Assembly: GCA_002189035.1 (NCBI GenBank) | Contig: CM007989.1 | Span: forward strand, 3,658,001-3,722,000 | Reading direction: 5' to 3' | Length of the DNA: 64,000 nucleotides | DNA from: Utricularia gibba | Taxonomy: Eukaryota > Plantae > Magnoliophyta | Shown: positions 1-15,272 of the stretch, in pieces | Numbering within the stretch: position 1 is the stretch's first letter | Layout of the letters: every line of letters begins with the position of its first letter | Notes under the pieces: generated by a model | Database searches by the model: none | Seen by the model: the letters and a program-made list of their open reading frames with translations, nothing else | What the model was told of the DNA's origin: nothing | Position numbers and translations under genes: made by a program

Positions 1-1
1 C

Positions 2-250
2 ATTGCTGGTGGACTTCTTGACGGAAGTAATGGGCTCTGGAATCCTAAACATTTCATCGGGTGAGTCTAAGTTGAATCTGGTATACGTTGGAAGCTCTTT
101 TTTCTGCGTTCCTGATGTTAATTCTACTGCTTTACGGATGGAAGTTTTCCTTTTGGTTCCCGATTGCAGTTAAATTCAATAGCTACCGAAGCTGGGGTAG
201 GCTATCTTTGGAACTCTCTGGGGGACCCTTGGAGTGATCTGGGGCTTTAG
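2..250 (+). CDS. Partial 3' end (last two exons) of an unidentified gene entering from the left edge
   Basis: Open frame IAGGLLDGSNGLWNPKHFIG, then GTGAGT donor at 61, TTGCAG acceptor at 169 and an 81-nt exon LNSIATEAGVGYLWNSLGDPWSDLGL* ending at 250. The phases join only if one G is missing from the G run at 59-61, the same error type seen elsewhere in the window. Product not recognised. Confidence 0.4.
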
Positions 251-392
251 ACAGCACAGCAGAAAACGCAGCAGCCAACAGAAGCCTGAATCTGTGAGAA
301 GTAAAAGATGATGATATGAGGACAAAGCACTTGTTGAAACACATCTTGATGATGCGCCAAAGAAGCGATGTTGTGAAAATAACCTGTTGTTT

Positions 393-3300
393 TCATCTCA
401 AACTCAAGGTCTTATAAACAGAAGTTCCATCAATCTCCACACAGGGAATTCCCGATATTTTTCCCCAGTATTCTCCCCTGTCTTTCACACACTTGTACTT
501 GAGGGCTTCACAGTCACTTATTTCCAGATGCCACAGTTTTGCCAGCACTTCTTCACTTGGCAAGATCCCGATTTTGGTGCAGTTCATGATCGATAGATAC
601 CGAAGCAACTTCAGATTATCGAGCACCTTTGCAAGGGTAGTCAGTTTGGGGAATCTGGCAATGGAGCACCGTATCAGCGAAGGAGGGAACAGATGGCTAC
701 CGTCATCGCTGAGCTGCTGAAGGTCTTTGAATCCTCCACAAATGGAGAACTCCTTAAGAGACGAGAGTGTGCTGAGACCCCACTGCTTCAGGGGCTTCAA
801 TTTCTTGGAATCCAATACTCTAAGAGAAGATAAGTTTGGAGGCAGATCGAAGTTGGGAAAAATTGTGAGACTTGGACAACTCTGTATCTCAAGTGACAAG
901 AGAGAGGTCATGTTGCTTGGCAAGGACTTGATCTTGGTGCAGTCTTCAATGTGAAGTGATCTGAGGCTCGATGGCAAGCCCTTCTCTGGGAAATGTTTAA
1001 TGCTATGGCAGCTCGATAAGTGCAACTTCACAAGGTGCTTGAGTTCATATAAATGGTGACCAAGATATTTGAAGTTGCTCCAGTTGGATGAACTGAGATC
1101 TTCTAGCAGCATTCTCCCTTTCCCTAGTAGCATATTCTCTGAAATAGGTTCCAGTTGGCTGCAGTTTTTGATACCAAGTTTCCTGAGAGCTATGGGGAGG
1201 ACACACGTCCATTTCTGCAACGACGAACAATCCTTTATTTCTAGACGTTCAAGGTAGAAAATGTTGCTTGGGAGGGACTCCACAGCATTGCAACTGAGAA
1301 TCTCAAGGCGTTTAAGTGAGGAAGGAATGCCAGGGAAAGTGACTAACTTCATACATTTTTTGATGATCAGCTCCCTTAAAAAGCCGAGGCTGCTCAACTG
1401 TCTTGGAAGAAAGGTCAAACTTGGACAGTGAAATAGTTCTAGGACTTCGAGATTGCACGGAAGTTGTCTTTCACCATATCCCAAGGACACGAGCTGCAAA
1501 CAGTCAATGATTATGATTCTCCTTAGGCGGGTAAGTTGTCCTTGTTCAATTCCTTCTGACCAGAGTGCCAACATTTCATTGCAGTTGCAACATTCTAATG
1601 CCTCTAGCGCTACCAAAGACTCTACAAGTTCCTTTGGAAAATGGAGTAGCCCTGAAACAGCCTCAATCTTCAGATACGTCAAGAGGTTGAGGCTCAAGAA
1701 ACTTAGAAGCAGTTCCTTACTGCAGTCCTCGAGATCCAATTTACTCAAAACAGGAAAAGCCAACGGAGAAATAACCATTAACTTGCCACATTTGGTTACA
1801 GCAAGGTCTTTCAGATGAGTGAACTCTATGCGAACGCCATCAGCACTATAAAACCCAATCCATTCTCTCCATTGGGGCATGTCATCAAACCTCAGACTTT
1901 CCAGCTTTGGAAATTTCCTATCTGTACCAGTGCCGTAGAACTCCTCTCCAATGCGTCTGATGTTCGGCAAATTTCCTATCCGTAGATGCTTAAGGCCTGG
2001 AAGCTGTCCCAGAGGTGGTAAAGAATCACATTCCAAACAATTGAGGATGCTGACACGAGATAGTTTAGTATAGGAATGGTCTCCCATCCAAGTAGGGAAT
2101 TCCCTAAAGAACTCAACCTTCAGGCTTCCTATGTTTACATGAGGTTGCAGTTGTTCTATCAAAATTTTTTCAGATTTCTTATCTGGAGATTGATCACTTT
2201 CAGCTCCCCAAGCCAAATGTAAGTCTTCAAGTAAGTGCTTCGATCTTAGATGTGCTTCCATGATGCCTGGATCGCCACACACATTCTGCAACTCAAATAT
2301 AGCTAATGTACCTCGTAAACACTTGAGCCCCCGCATTTCTTTCAATCCAAACATGCCCTTTTTCAGGACTATTTTTGGCAATGTTTGCAGGCTTTCTAGT
2401 TGACCAATCTCAACAGGCATGTCTTTCAGTTGATCAGTGCCTGTGTTGTCAAAATGTCGCAATTTCAACAGGTTTCCCAAGGATCTTGGCAACTTACATA
2501 TAAAGCGACAGTTACGGATCGACAGGATCTGTAAATTGACCAACTTTCCCAAAGATGCTGGTAATGCCACTATTGAAGTCCCAGACAAATTAAGGTAACG
2601 CAGATGTATCAAACTGCATACTGAGCTGGGAATTTCTGTAATGGAGTAACCACTGAGGGATAGTACTCTCAAGCGATGGAGTTCAGGAATTAGCTCAGCC
2701 AATATCCTGTTTGACAGATAGTAAGGGGCACAGCCTTGTGAGACTTCGACCGGCATTGGTAAGAATGTCCTCAACCCTTTTACTCTGTGGAAATACTTAA
2801 ATTTTTCGAAAACTTCATACTCATGACGAATGAAAGAAGTGTGACGAGCCTCCATTGGCAACTTATCCTTTGCATCCATTTTCTCATCCAGGCAGTAGCA
2901 GATCCCCCCAGCAACAAATTGAGCTAGTTCATTAATAAGGTCATGCATGACAAAGGTTGAAGCATTATCACCCGAGGTTTGGAAAAATGATCTCGACAGC
3001 AACTCATCGAAGTACTGAGACCCCTTATTTTCTTGATCATCTTGCCCTTCCAAGAAGCCTTCTGCCATCCATAGATGTACAAGCTCATTCTTGTCAAACT
3101 TATAATCCTTTGGAAATATGGAGGTGTAAGCAAACAAACGCTTCAAGTGCAGAGGGAGGTGATAGTAACTTAATCGAAGAGCTGGAATGACTGGGACGCC
3201 TGGAAGATCCCATATATTGCTCTGTGCCACATTCTCCCACTCTTCCTTGGTATATTTTGTGCGAAGAAGGCCACCCAGTGCCATTGCTGCAAGAGGCAAA

Positions 3301-4394
3301 CCTTTACACTTCTTGGCAAGCCTCACAGTAACATCTCCTAGTTCTGCATCAGCTTTCCCAGCATGACGAGATAGGATGTTTAAGCAATCTTGATCATCCA
3401 GCAGTTTCAGATTGTGCACCAGATTTAAACCAGGAGAAGCAACTAAGGACGCAACATCTTCGCTACGAGTTGTTACTATGATCTTGCTCCCGGCAGGGCC
3501 AAACCGGAAGGGACTGCACAGATCCTCCCATAGATGGTAGTCAACATTCCAGACATCATCCAAGACGATGAGAAACTTGCTGTTAGACAACTTGTCCTTC
3601 AGAGTTACCTGAAGAAGATTCAAGTCCAGAGAGGTAGTTACTGTCTCTGTTACAAACTCGTAGATCAACTTGGTGATTCCAAATACATTAAATTCTTCAG
3701 ATACATAAACCCAAACCCTCACATCAAAGTTTTTCTTCACAGCTGCATCATTATAAACAAGTTTGGCAACAGTCGTTTTGCCGATGCCTCCCATTCCAAC
3801 AATGGGAATGATGGAAATAACATCACTGCTCCCAAGCAGATCCTCGATGATTGAATCTTTGTCTCTGACTCTACCACACACAAAGGAGTCTACCAAGGAA
3901 GTTCTAGGAACCCTTGTGGTTACAGATTGATCACAGGAACCTCCACCATTGTTCTTCAAGTTCAACTTATCTCCCCACTTCCTAATCTCCTGTAACCTGT
4001 TGTTGATCTCCTTTATCCTTGTCATCATGTTCTTATTGAATATGGGTGTTCTACTGTTGAAAATGGGAATGCGGTTCGATACCATCTGCAAATTAGACTC
4101 TTTGATCCTCTCTTGATGCTGAGTCTGGACTCGAGTTTTAATCTCATCCAAAATATCATCCAAGTCATAAGCAATGTTCCTGAGTTCGGACAGCCATTTT
4201 TTTACAAAGTTCACAGTAGACTGCTTTTCCTCAGCATCAGCAAGAATACCTTTGATTAATTCCAAGCTTTGATTCAACTTGTTGAAAGGATTTTCTACTC
4301 TTTGTCTGCGGGCCAGTGCATCAAATGCCTGAGAGGCCAACTCCTGAACTAAAGCTTGAACAATAGCAGATAAAAAGATCTCGCCCACAGGCAT
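393..4394 (-). CDS. CC-NB-ARC-LRR disease resistance protein (RGA/RPP13-like/At3g14460-type), single coding exon, 1333 aa
   Basis: N-terminal CC with EDVID-like YDLDDILDE, P-loop GMGGIGKTT, kinase-2 FLIVLDDVW, RNBS-B GSKIIVTTR, GLPLA, MHD (FVMHDL) and a long LRR region. Uninterrupted ORF. Confidence 0.97.
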   Translation of the reverse strand: MPVGEIFLSAIVQALVQELASQAFDALARRQRVENPFNKLNQSLELIKGILADAEEKQSTVNFVKKWLSELRNIAYDLDDILDEIKTRVQTQHQERIKESNLQMVSNRIPIFNSRTPIFNKNMMTRIKEINNRLQEIRKWGDKLNLKNNGGGSCDQSVTTRVPRTSLVDSFVCGRVRDKDSIIEDLLGSSDVISIIPIVGMGGIGKTTVAKLVYNDAAVKKNFDVRVWVYVSEEFNVFGITKLIYEFVTETVTTSLDLNLLQVTLKDKLSNSKFLIVLDDVWNVDYHLWEDLCSPFRFGPAGSKIIVTTRSEDVASLVASPGLNLVHNLKLLDDQDCLNILSRHAGKADAELGDVTVRLAKKCKGLPLAAMALGGLLRTKYTKEEWENVAQSNIWDLPGVPVIPALRLSYYHLPLHLKRLFAYTSIFPKDYKFDKNELVHLWMAEGFLEGQDDQENKGSQYFDELLSRSFFQTSGDNASTFVMHDLINELAQFVAGGICYCLDEKMDAKDKLPMEARHTSFIRHEYEVFEKFKYFHRVKGLRTFLPMPVEVSQGCAPYYLSNRILAELIPELHRLRVLSLSGYSITEIPSSVCSLIHLRYLNLSGTSIVALPASLGKLVNLQILSIRNCRFICKLPRSLGNLLKLRHFDNTGTDQLKDMPVEIGQLESLQTLPKIVLKKGMFGLKEMRGLKCLRGTLAIFELQNVCGDPGIMEAHLRSKHLLEDLHLAWGAESDQSPDKKSEKILIEQLQPHVNIGSLKVEFFREFPTWMGDHSYTKLSRVSILNCLECDSLPPLGQLPGLKHLRIGNLPNIRRIGEEFYGTGTDRKFPKLESLRFDDMPQWREWIGFYSADGVRIEFTHLKDLAVTKCGKLMVISPLAFPVLSKLDLEDCSKELLLSFLSLNLLTYLKIEAVSGLLHFPKELVESLVALEALECCNCNEMLALWSEGIEQGQLTRLRRIIIIDCLQLVSLGYGERQLPCNLEVLELFHCPSLTFLPRQLSSLGFLRELIIKKCMKLVTFPGIPSSLKRLEILSCNAVESLPSNIFYLERLEIKDCSSLQKWTCVLPIALRKLGIKNCSQLEPISENMLLGKGRMLLEDLSSSNWSNFKYLGHHLYELKHLVKLHLSSCHSIKHFPEKGLPSSLRSLHIEDCTKIKSLPSNMTSLLSLEIQSCPSLTIFPNFDLPPNLSSLRVLDSKKLKPLKQWGLSTLSSLKEFSICGGFKDLQQLSDDGSHLFPPSLIRCSIARFPKLTTLAKVLDNLKLLRYLSIMNCTKIGILPSEEVLAKLWHLEISDCEALKYKCVKDRGEYWGKISGIPCVEIDGTSVYKTLSLR
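3778..3799 (-). promoter_or_regulatory. miR482/miR2118-family target site in the NLR P-loop coding sequence
   Basis: The plus strand reads TTGCCGATGCCTCCCATTCCAA, 3 mismatches from miR2118 UUGCCGAUUCCACCCAUUCCUA as recalled. P-loop targeting by this family is established. Confidence 0.65.
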
Positions 4395-5245
4395 CCTGAT
4401 ACCGCTCTAAAAATCAACAACCAATGATCTGATTCATAGATGCAGTCAGCAAACTCTTCACAGTCAGTCACTAATTAAGTATTCTCTTCAGTAAGACAAG
4501 GGGTTTTCAAATTGTGTGCCAGCAAAGTCAACTGGTTCATTCCTCGAGATAAATACGAAAAACCAACATTGGCAGCTGAGATTCCAATCAAAAGGAGCAA
4601 AAACTAATAAATGAGCCAAAAAAGACAAGATACCTACCCAGTTTCCACAAGGAAAGCATCTTACGGAGGACGGATTATTACCTACAGCATTAAAACATTG
4701 CTGCTCATCTGCAAAAGTGCTCAAGGGCAAAGCATTCTTGATAAGATCCTCGACTGTGGAAAAGATCTATACAGCAGAAAGTCAAAGTTTTGGCTTTTCA
4801 ACAAAGTTGGGCAGTGACATTTTGTTGATTATTCTTACACAAAATAAAACAAGTGGATGGCAACAAATAGACGCCAATTAATTCATTATATGTAAGATAT
4901 AAAAAATTATTTTGATTTATGAAGAGTTGGGAACCAAACCATCCCATTCAATTATTATCTTTGACCTATTATATTGGTCTTCATTTTAATACATTCGCAT
5001 GTTAGTGTTGGTGCAGGGTGGCTCAAAAGTGGAGTTTGAAGAAACGTACTCTAAAACAGTTGTCATCCACTGAAAAGAACAGATAAGAGTCAGCAAAGAG
5101 GTTGCTAACTTAGCTGGCACAACAGTAACCAGAACTATAAACTTTAACTTTCGTCATTGCCCTACAGAAACCATGGAGAGAAAGGCGAGCTCATAACGGT
5201 GAAGTGCAATCCAGAAAAAAAGTTGAGAAGCCATGCTGAGATAGT

Positions 5246-9254
<4,009 letters not shown>

Positions 9255-9566
9255 GATGCAGTTGTGATCGAATGAGAGGAAAAGGGATTGCTGAGACACA
9301 AACCCCCCAGATTCAAAAAAAAAACGTTGCAGAAATCTCAGGGAATACGAAGCTAAAATGAAGAGTTTTGCATCAAGGATCAACGCGGCGCTGACCAATA
9401 CGAAAGCTCTGGCTGACCATCACGGTTATTACAGCATCTCCTCCCCCTCTGTTCCCCAGTTACCACCTACTGTACGCCTGCCTATTCGAGATTAAATAAA
9501 TATATATATAATATTTCTATTTATTTTCTTAATTTTTAAATATTATTTTTTTACAACACTCCTATT

Positions 9567-9603
9567 GAAGCCCACAGTTTTAATGGCCCAAAATGGAAGC
9601 CCA
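9567..9603. promoter_or_regulatory. Site II elements (AGCCCA/GGCCCA) in the 427-bp divergent GFAT/RPL1 intergenic region
   Basis: GAAGCCCA, TGGCCCA and GAAGCCCA lie upstream of RPL1. Site II (TCP-bound) motifs are typical of ribosomal protein promoters. Confidence 0.5.
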
Positions 9604-9681
9604 ATACCAGTAGATCCTTATCTCTCATTTGGATATGTCACTGCCTTCCTTTCTCCGGTCATTGATCACTTGCAAGCTCCC

Positions 9682-11797
9682 ATGGCGTCCGCCGGTGCAC
9701 CACCCGCTTTAAGTCTCTCTCCGGCGCATCGTAGGGAATCTGATCGCGGTTTTCCGGGAGCGTCTACTGTAACGTTTTCGAGGCCAACAAGTGAAAAGGC
9801 GATCTTTTTCACTCCCGCGAGGATTTTCTCTCTGTATCCATTGGTTCTGCAGTGCGGAGGGGCTTTCGATGGCCGTGCGGTGAAATCCATTGCCGTTGCT
9901 GCTTTAGCTGCGGAAGCTGAGGTGGACGATTCTGTGGAGCAGGAGAAAAATGAGGGTGGTTCTGTTGCCGTTGCTACGAAGCCAAAGACAGGCAAGGCTG
10001 CGCTGCCTTTGAAACGGGACAGGGTAAGAAGTCTGGCTTTATACAGTGTGCTGTATATGTTGCGCTAGTCTTGTGAGTGTAGTATCAATTATTGTGATGT
10101 TTGCTGTACTCCGACGGGTTAATTACTGGCTCGATCGTACATTCCTCTGGTTAAGTGGGCGCATTCTAGGAAATTACGTGTCCCTACTGCTTGAATTTTC
10201 GGTTTGCTACAAGCTGGAAAAATGTTTTGTTTCTCTGATGCATCTGCAGGTTTTAGTCATGCATGTTTTTTCCGGAAGTTGCTAGTTTTGTCTTCGCATT
10301 ATGCTGTTTCGGCCAGTTGGTTAATTAAATGTGTCTTCCAGTTGGTTAATTAGCTGTTTCGTTCAGTTTGCGATCCATAATATCGACCTTTAGTTACTGC
10401 ATTTTGATGTCAGGGCTCAACTAGAATCCTTCTAGTCCCATGTCTAGCTGTGTCGTCCGTTGGTTAATTAAAAAATCCTTTTTGTGTTGACTCTAACAGT
10501 CGAGGTCCAAGAGATTTCTGGAAATTCAGAAGTTAAGGGAAAACAAACAGGAGTATGAGCTCAAGACTGCAATATCATTGCTAAAGCAAACAGCAAGCAC
10601 CAAGTTTGTCGAAACAGTTGAAGCCCATTTTCGCTTGAATATTGATCCAAAGTACAATGATCAACAACTTAGAGCAACTGTGAGTATCCTGAATGACATG
10701 CTCAGATTGAATGCATTGTTATGCCAGTCTGATAGTAATGAAACTTATATTTGTAGGTGAATCTACCAAGAGGCACTGGTCAAATAGTTAGAGTTGCTGT
10801 TCTCACACAGGGTAATTCTCATCTGTATAGCGGTCCTAAATTTCTGAAAGGAATATGCATGGATTTAAAGATTTCATACCAGCTTTCACTTGTTTCTACT
10901 AACGTAAAACATGGTGTCATGGTCTTTCTGGGCTCATTTATGTGCGGTTAATTCTTTTATACAGGTGAAAAGTTCGATGAGGCAAAAAGTGCTGGAGCAG
11001 ATATAGTTGGCGGCGAGGACTTGATAGAACAGATAAAGGGAGGATTCATGGATTTTGATAAGTTGCTTGCGACACCTGATATGATGCCCAAGGTATCATA
11101 TGCTGCTTTGTATGTAGCCTCTGGTTCACATTCTCCCTAAATGTATTCCTGCAGATTCGTAGATGGCATTCTTCTTTTTAGCTGTTTCCCGCACCTCTAA
11201 ACATACTTTTCTTTCTATTGATAAGGTCGCAAGTTTGGGAAAAATCCTCGGGCCACGAGGGCTCATGCCAAACCCGAAGGCTGGCACAGTGACCACAAAT
11301 GTACCACAGGTGCAGTTTGGATCCTTTTTACCTTTCTCCCCTAGATTATGATCCCACTTGGAGTCAACTGTCTCCTTCAGCCAATTCATCATCATCTAAG
11401 TTCGTTTGTTACTTGAAGTTTGCTATCTGAATGTTATTAAATGAGAATGAACCACAGGCTATAGCGGAATTCAAGAAAGGGAAAGTTGAGTATCGAGCTG
11501 ATAAAACTGGGATAGTTCATTTGCCTTTTGGGAAAGCAGATTTTTCAGAGGAAGATCTCACTGTAAACTTTCTTGCTGCAGTGGTGAGCCTTAGAATCCT
11601 CTTCTCCTCACGTATTCTTTGTTCCCAACACATGCTTAATGGACAAGATATTCGAATAAATTTTGCAGAGATCTGTAGAAACAAACAAACCTTCAGGTGC
11701 TAAAGGTGTCTACTGGAAAAGTGCACATATATGCTCGTCGATGGGGCCATCCATTCGGTTGAACATCAAGGACATGCTAGACTTCAAGCTTCTTTGA
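9682..11797 (+). CDS. RPL1: 50S ribosomal protein L1, chloroplastic (multi-exon)
   Basis: Ser/Ala-rich transit peptide MASAGAPP, then [87 protein letters not shown], and end DMLDFKLL*. Confidence 0.96.
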
Positions 11798-11996
11798 GAC
11801 AGTGTACATCGTGTAAAGTTTTGTTTGAACCCCTCAAGGAATCTTCTGACGGATAAATTGTAGCACAGAAATGATTCATCAAAACAGAGCAATGAATGAG
11901 TCTCTTTTATCCAACTACTGGCAGCTGAATCTTCTATTGAAAATTATATTGTTTCAAAGGAATGCATGCAAAGAAGTGGAGCCAATGAAATGCACT

Positions 11997-13545
11997 CTAC
12001 ATGTATTTGACGTCTGGCTCAGATTTGTGCAGATTGTGAAGAATATACAAGGAAGCTGATGACAAGAATACACACAGTGAGTAGCTTAACAAGTCTAGGC
12101 CTGTTGAAATTGTAACCATTTTGCTCCTTTCAAACATTTTCACCAGAAGGATCATCACTATGATATGCCCCACTTTAGTTTTCAGCTCATCAAGTGAGCT
12201 GATCTTCATCCACTTTGGCCTCTCCTACAGAAACAGATTATGCTATTTTCAAGCCTAGATCATTACATCAAAAGTTTCCATAACAAAATAGTGTGGTACC
12301 TTGAGTGCAAACATGCCAAATAATGAAGAAACTTTGAGTGCACGATCCACAGGAGGAGGTACATCGTGGGGGACATTGGAGATGAACAGACCATACAATC
12401 CCATACCAAATATCAGCATCACAGTCCCAGCAAGATACACATCTGCTGTTCGTGATAGATCAGTTGCCATTGCAAACATTTGAAAAGAGAACATATGAAG
12501 GGAAAGGTTTCGAGATTTCATGCATTCCTCATTTACATTGCGGAGTAAAAAAACCCAAAGAAACCTGGGGTGGGAGAAGAATTTGCAGAGGTTCAATAAG
12601 CTTTTTACCGATGGCTTCTACCAGTCTAAGAACCATCTTTCCTGTAAGAGCTCCCTTGACACAACTACTCCAGTATACTTTATATGCATCAACAATGTAA
12701 ATGCATCCCTGCATAATAGAGGGTTTGCTTCTCATTATCCTTGCAGGCATATTGACAATGAGGTACGAGTAAGCAGATGGGATGCCTGAGAACATACATT
12801 GAGAAAGCACAGCAAGGAACCAGCTAACGAACCCCCAACCGCAAGAAGTGCCAAAAACCGAAAGTCAAAGATAACCTGCTTTGTCAAAAACATTTATAAA
12901 AAGTAAGAAGCTGAAAATTAGTAAAAACAGGTCACAGAAATGAGCCTAGAAATCCAGCTGTTGCAGCATAAATTAAGCCTCTTATATCCTCATTCATGAC
13001 TAACAACATGATTTCACACGGAACACTTACTGCAAAATCGTACCAACCTCACAACCTCATCCTGAAACCAATAACAGTCAGTCATACATTAATCTAGATG
13101 AAGAGTGCCTTTATAAGGTAATACTTCAGAACCATGCAAGAATTGCACCTCATTGGTTAAGAACACGGGAGAAGCCCAAAGGCAGTCAACAACAATCTAA
13201 CTCATCCACTAAAACAATCAAAGGAAAAAAAAAACCACTTACTCTTTCGATCGTGGATTCAATGGGTTGTACCAAACCCATAAAAGAGTTACTACTCTTC
13301 GGATTTTCCAAGGCATGATTGTAAGAGAAGTCCATTGAATTGACAGATGACCCTTTTGCTGAAACATTAAAATTTTCAGCTCTCGTGGGAATTTTAGGTT
13401 CTTGAGATGATGTTGAAGGAGAATGAGTAGAAGAAGAAGAACTTGAAGAAGCATACAAAGTCAAGCACTTTCTGGGAACACTCTGTGAAGCTGCAAAGCG
13501 GCATAGATAATTTGCGAGAACAGGGGAAGAGAAGGTAGGCATCAT
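11997..13545 (-). CDS. UPF0114 (YqhA-like) domain membrane protein with probable transit peptide
   Basis: Exons FDFRFLALLAVGGSLAGSLLCF, GKMVLRLVEAI/DVYLAGTVMLIFGMGLYGLFIS and KISSLDELKTKVGHIIVMILLVKMFERSK. Ser-rich N-terminus. Confidence 0.88.
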
Positions 13546-13820
13546 GTTTACCAAATCCTGAAAGTCGGTTGGAGAGCAGGAAAATGGAGTTCTTAAAGCC
13601 AAACTCTTGTGGACTGAAAAAGGTGATTTTTTCTCACCTAAATAATTCTGCAGCAACCCATATCTTTGAACGGGGTCGGCTGAGCGCCACGTGGATACCA
13701 ACGGTTTTTCAAACTTCCCGTCACTTCCAACAGAGAAAATTGGTCATTCAAGCTGCAGAACCAAACCGCTCCCCAAACTAACTGTCAACTAAACTGGAAT
13801 TTTGTCAAAAATATTCTCAG

Positions 13821-13945
13821 TCATGTCTTTTCTAATGGGAACAAAAGGGAAATGAGAAATGTGATGATTTTCGTAAAGATCCTGACATCAATTAATCGCA
13901 ATGGTGACGCCCCATTCATGTCTTTTCTAATGGGAACAAAAGGGA
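13821..13945. repeat. Perfect 30-bp direct repeat (13821-13850 and 13916-13945)
   Basis: TCATGTCTTTTCTAATGGGAACAAAAGGGA occurs twice, 95 bp apart, followed by a (GA)n microsatellite. Confidence 0.9.
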
Positions 13946-15272
13946 GGGAGGGAGAGAGAGAGAGAGGTTGCGACAAGTGGCCTACTGGCCCGAATGCTTT
14001 GATTACTTCCAGGAACTCCAGCGCACCCTGGTTTTTCGACTTGAAGAAAGAGGAAGCTTGAAATCCCCTTTCTTACCACACACACACAAAAAGAATATAT
14101 ACCCGTGGCACGTGGCGAAGATCCATTACACCTCAACAAACCAGGCAGCTCCTCCGTCACCTTTATTCTCTCCCCACCTTTCCGATCATTCTAAATGCTA
14201 ATTTATTCTCATGGATTTTTTATGTCTTGTCATGCATTCCCTGGAAGTGCTGTTATATCTACTACTATTCTTCCCAGTGCTTGTCGTACTCTGTTTTTTG
14301 TTTTCGAATTTATTTCTTCATCCGGGTCAGGTGTCAGAAATCTCATTTGGAATTGGTTTTTGGGTAAGAAAACCGAAAGCTGAAGCTTTACTTGTGTGTT
14401 GAATTGGTTTGACGGGTTCTGGCCATGGATACTGTGGTAAAGGTTGGTTCTTTTCCTCTCAATCCATATAGCTTTTTTGATTCTAGATCGTTTCTCTGCA
14501 ATCGTGAAGAAGGGATCTGTGTGTGATACCTTCAGCAGGAGATTGTGGAAGTTCATGTGCGTTTAGAATGATGAACACTGGAACGCATCATTTGACTTTG
14601 TCGACAAAGTGGAGTTTTTGAACACAGCCTTTCATGCTCTTGTTGCATCCTAGAGAAGACGGTGTTGAATGTTAGAGATTAGTGAAATACAAACATAGTT
14701 TTGTTTGAAGCAATGCCGCTGGTTGAGAAGCATGAACAGAGGTCCCCGTGGTCTTTTTGTGGTTGCAGAGAGTGATTGTATTGCAGTTTGGTTGTTCGCA
14801 GGAGCCCAATTTAAGACGTTTGTTGCACTTTATTGTTCAAGATCCATCTCCAGAGGCGTTCCCGATTAAGGATAGTATTGCTCGAAACATGAATCTCTAT
14901 GACGGATGCACTCCTCTGGAACAAAAAGTTCATTTTTGCACTGGCTGCATTTTCTCATCTAATCTATAGATCCTGATTGCATGCCTTCGAATGCCAATGG
15001 CATACGGATGCAGGATACACACTTTTTAGTTAATGGCTACCCAATTTCGCTCCCTACATCAGTAGAATCCAAGTCCATTTACTGCAGATTTGTTTCATAG
15101 CATACACATAAGCCCCCTCAAAAAAGAAAAAAGGAAAATCAAGTCGGATTGCAAACAGTGTAAGTAGCGTGCTTTATTGACATTCGTCCAGGTAGAGCAA
15201 GTACCAGCACACGAGAGTCTGCAGTGCATGTTCAAAGAAAGCAGAGCGTTTTGGCTGCTCGATGGCGGGAGC

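Noticed and set aside
13859-13900. C/D box pair (GTGATGA...CTGA) between the direct repeats
   Set aside because: The boxes are only about 20 nt apart, too short for a snoRNA, with no terminal stem or guide sequence.
14560-14640. Possible C/D snoRNA starting at ATGATGA
   Set aside because: No properly placed D box or rRNA complementarity recognised.
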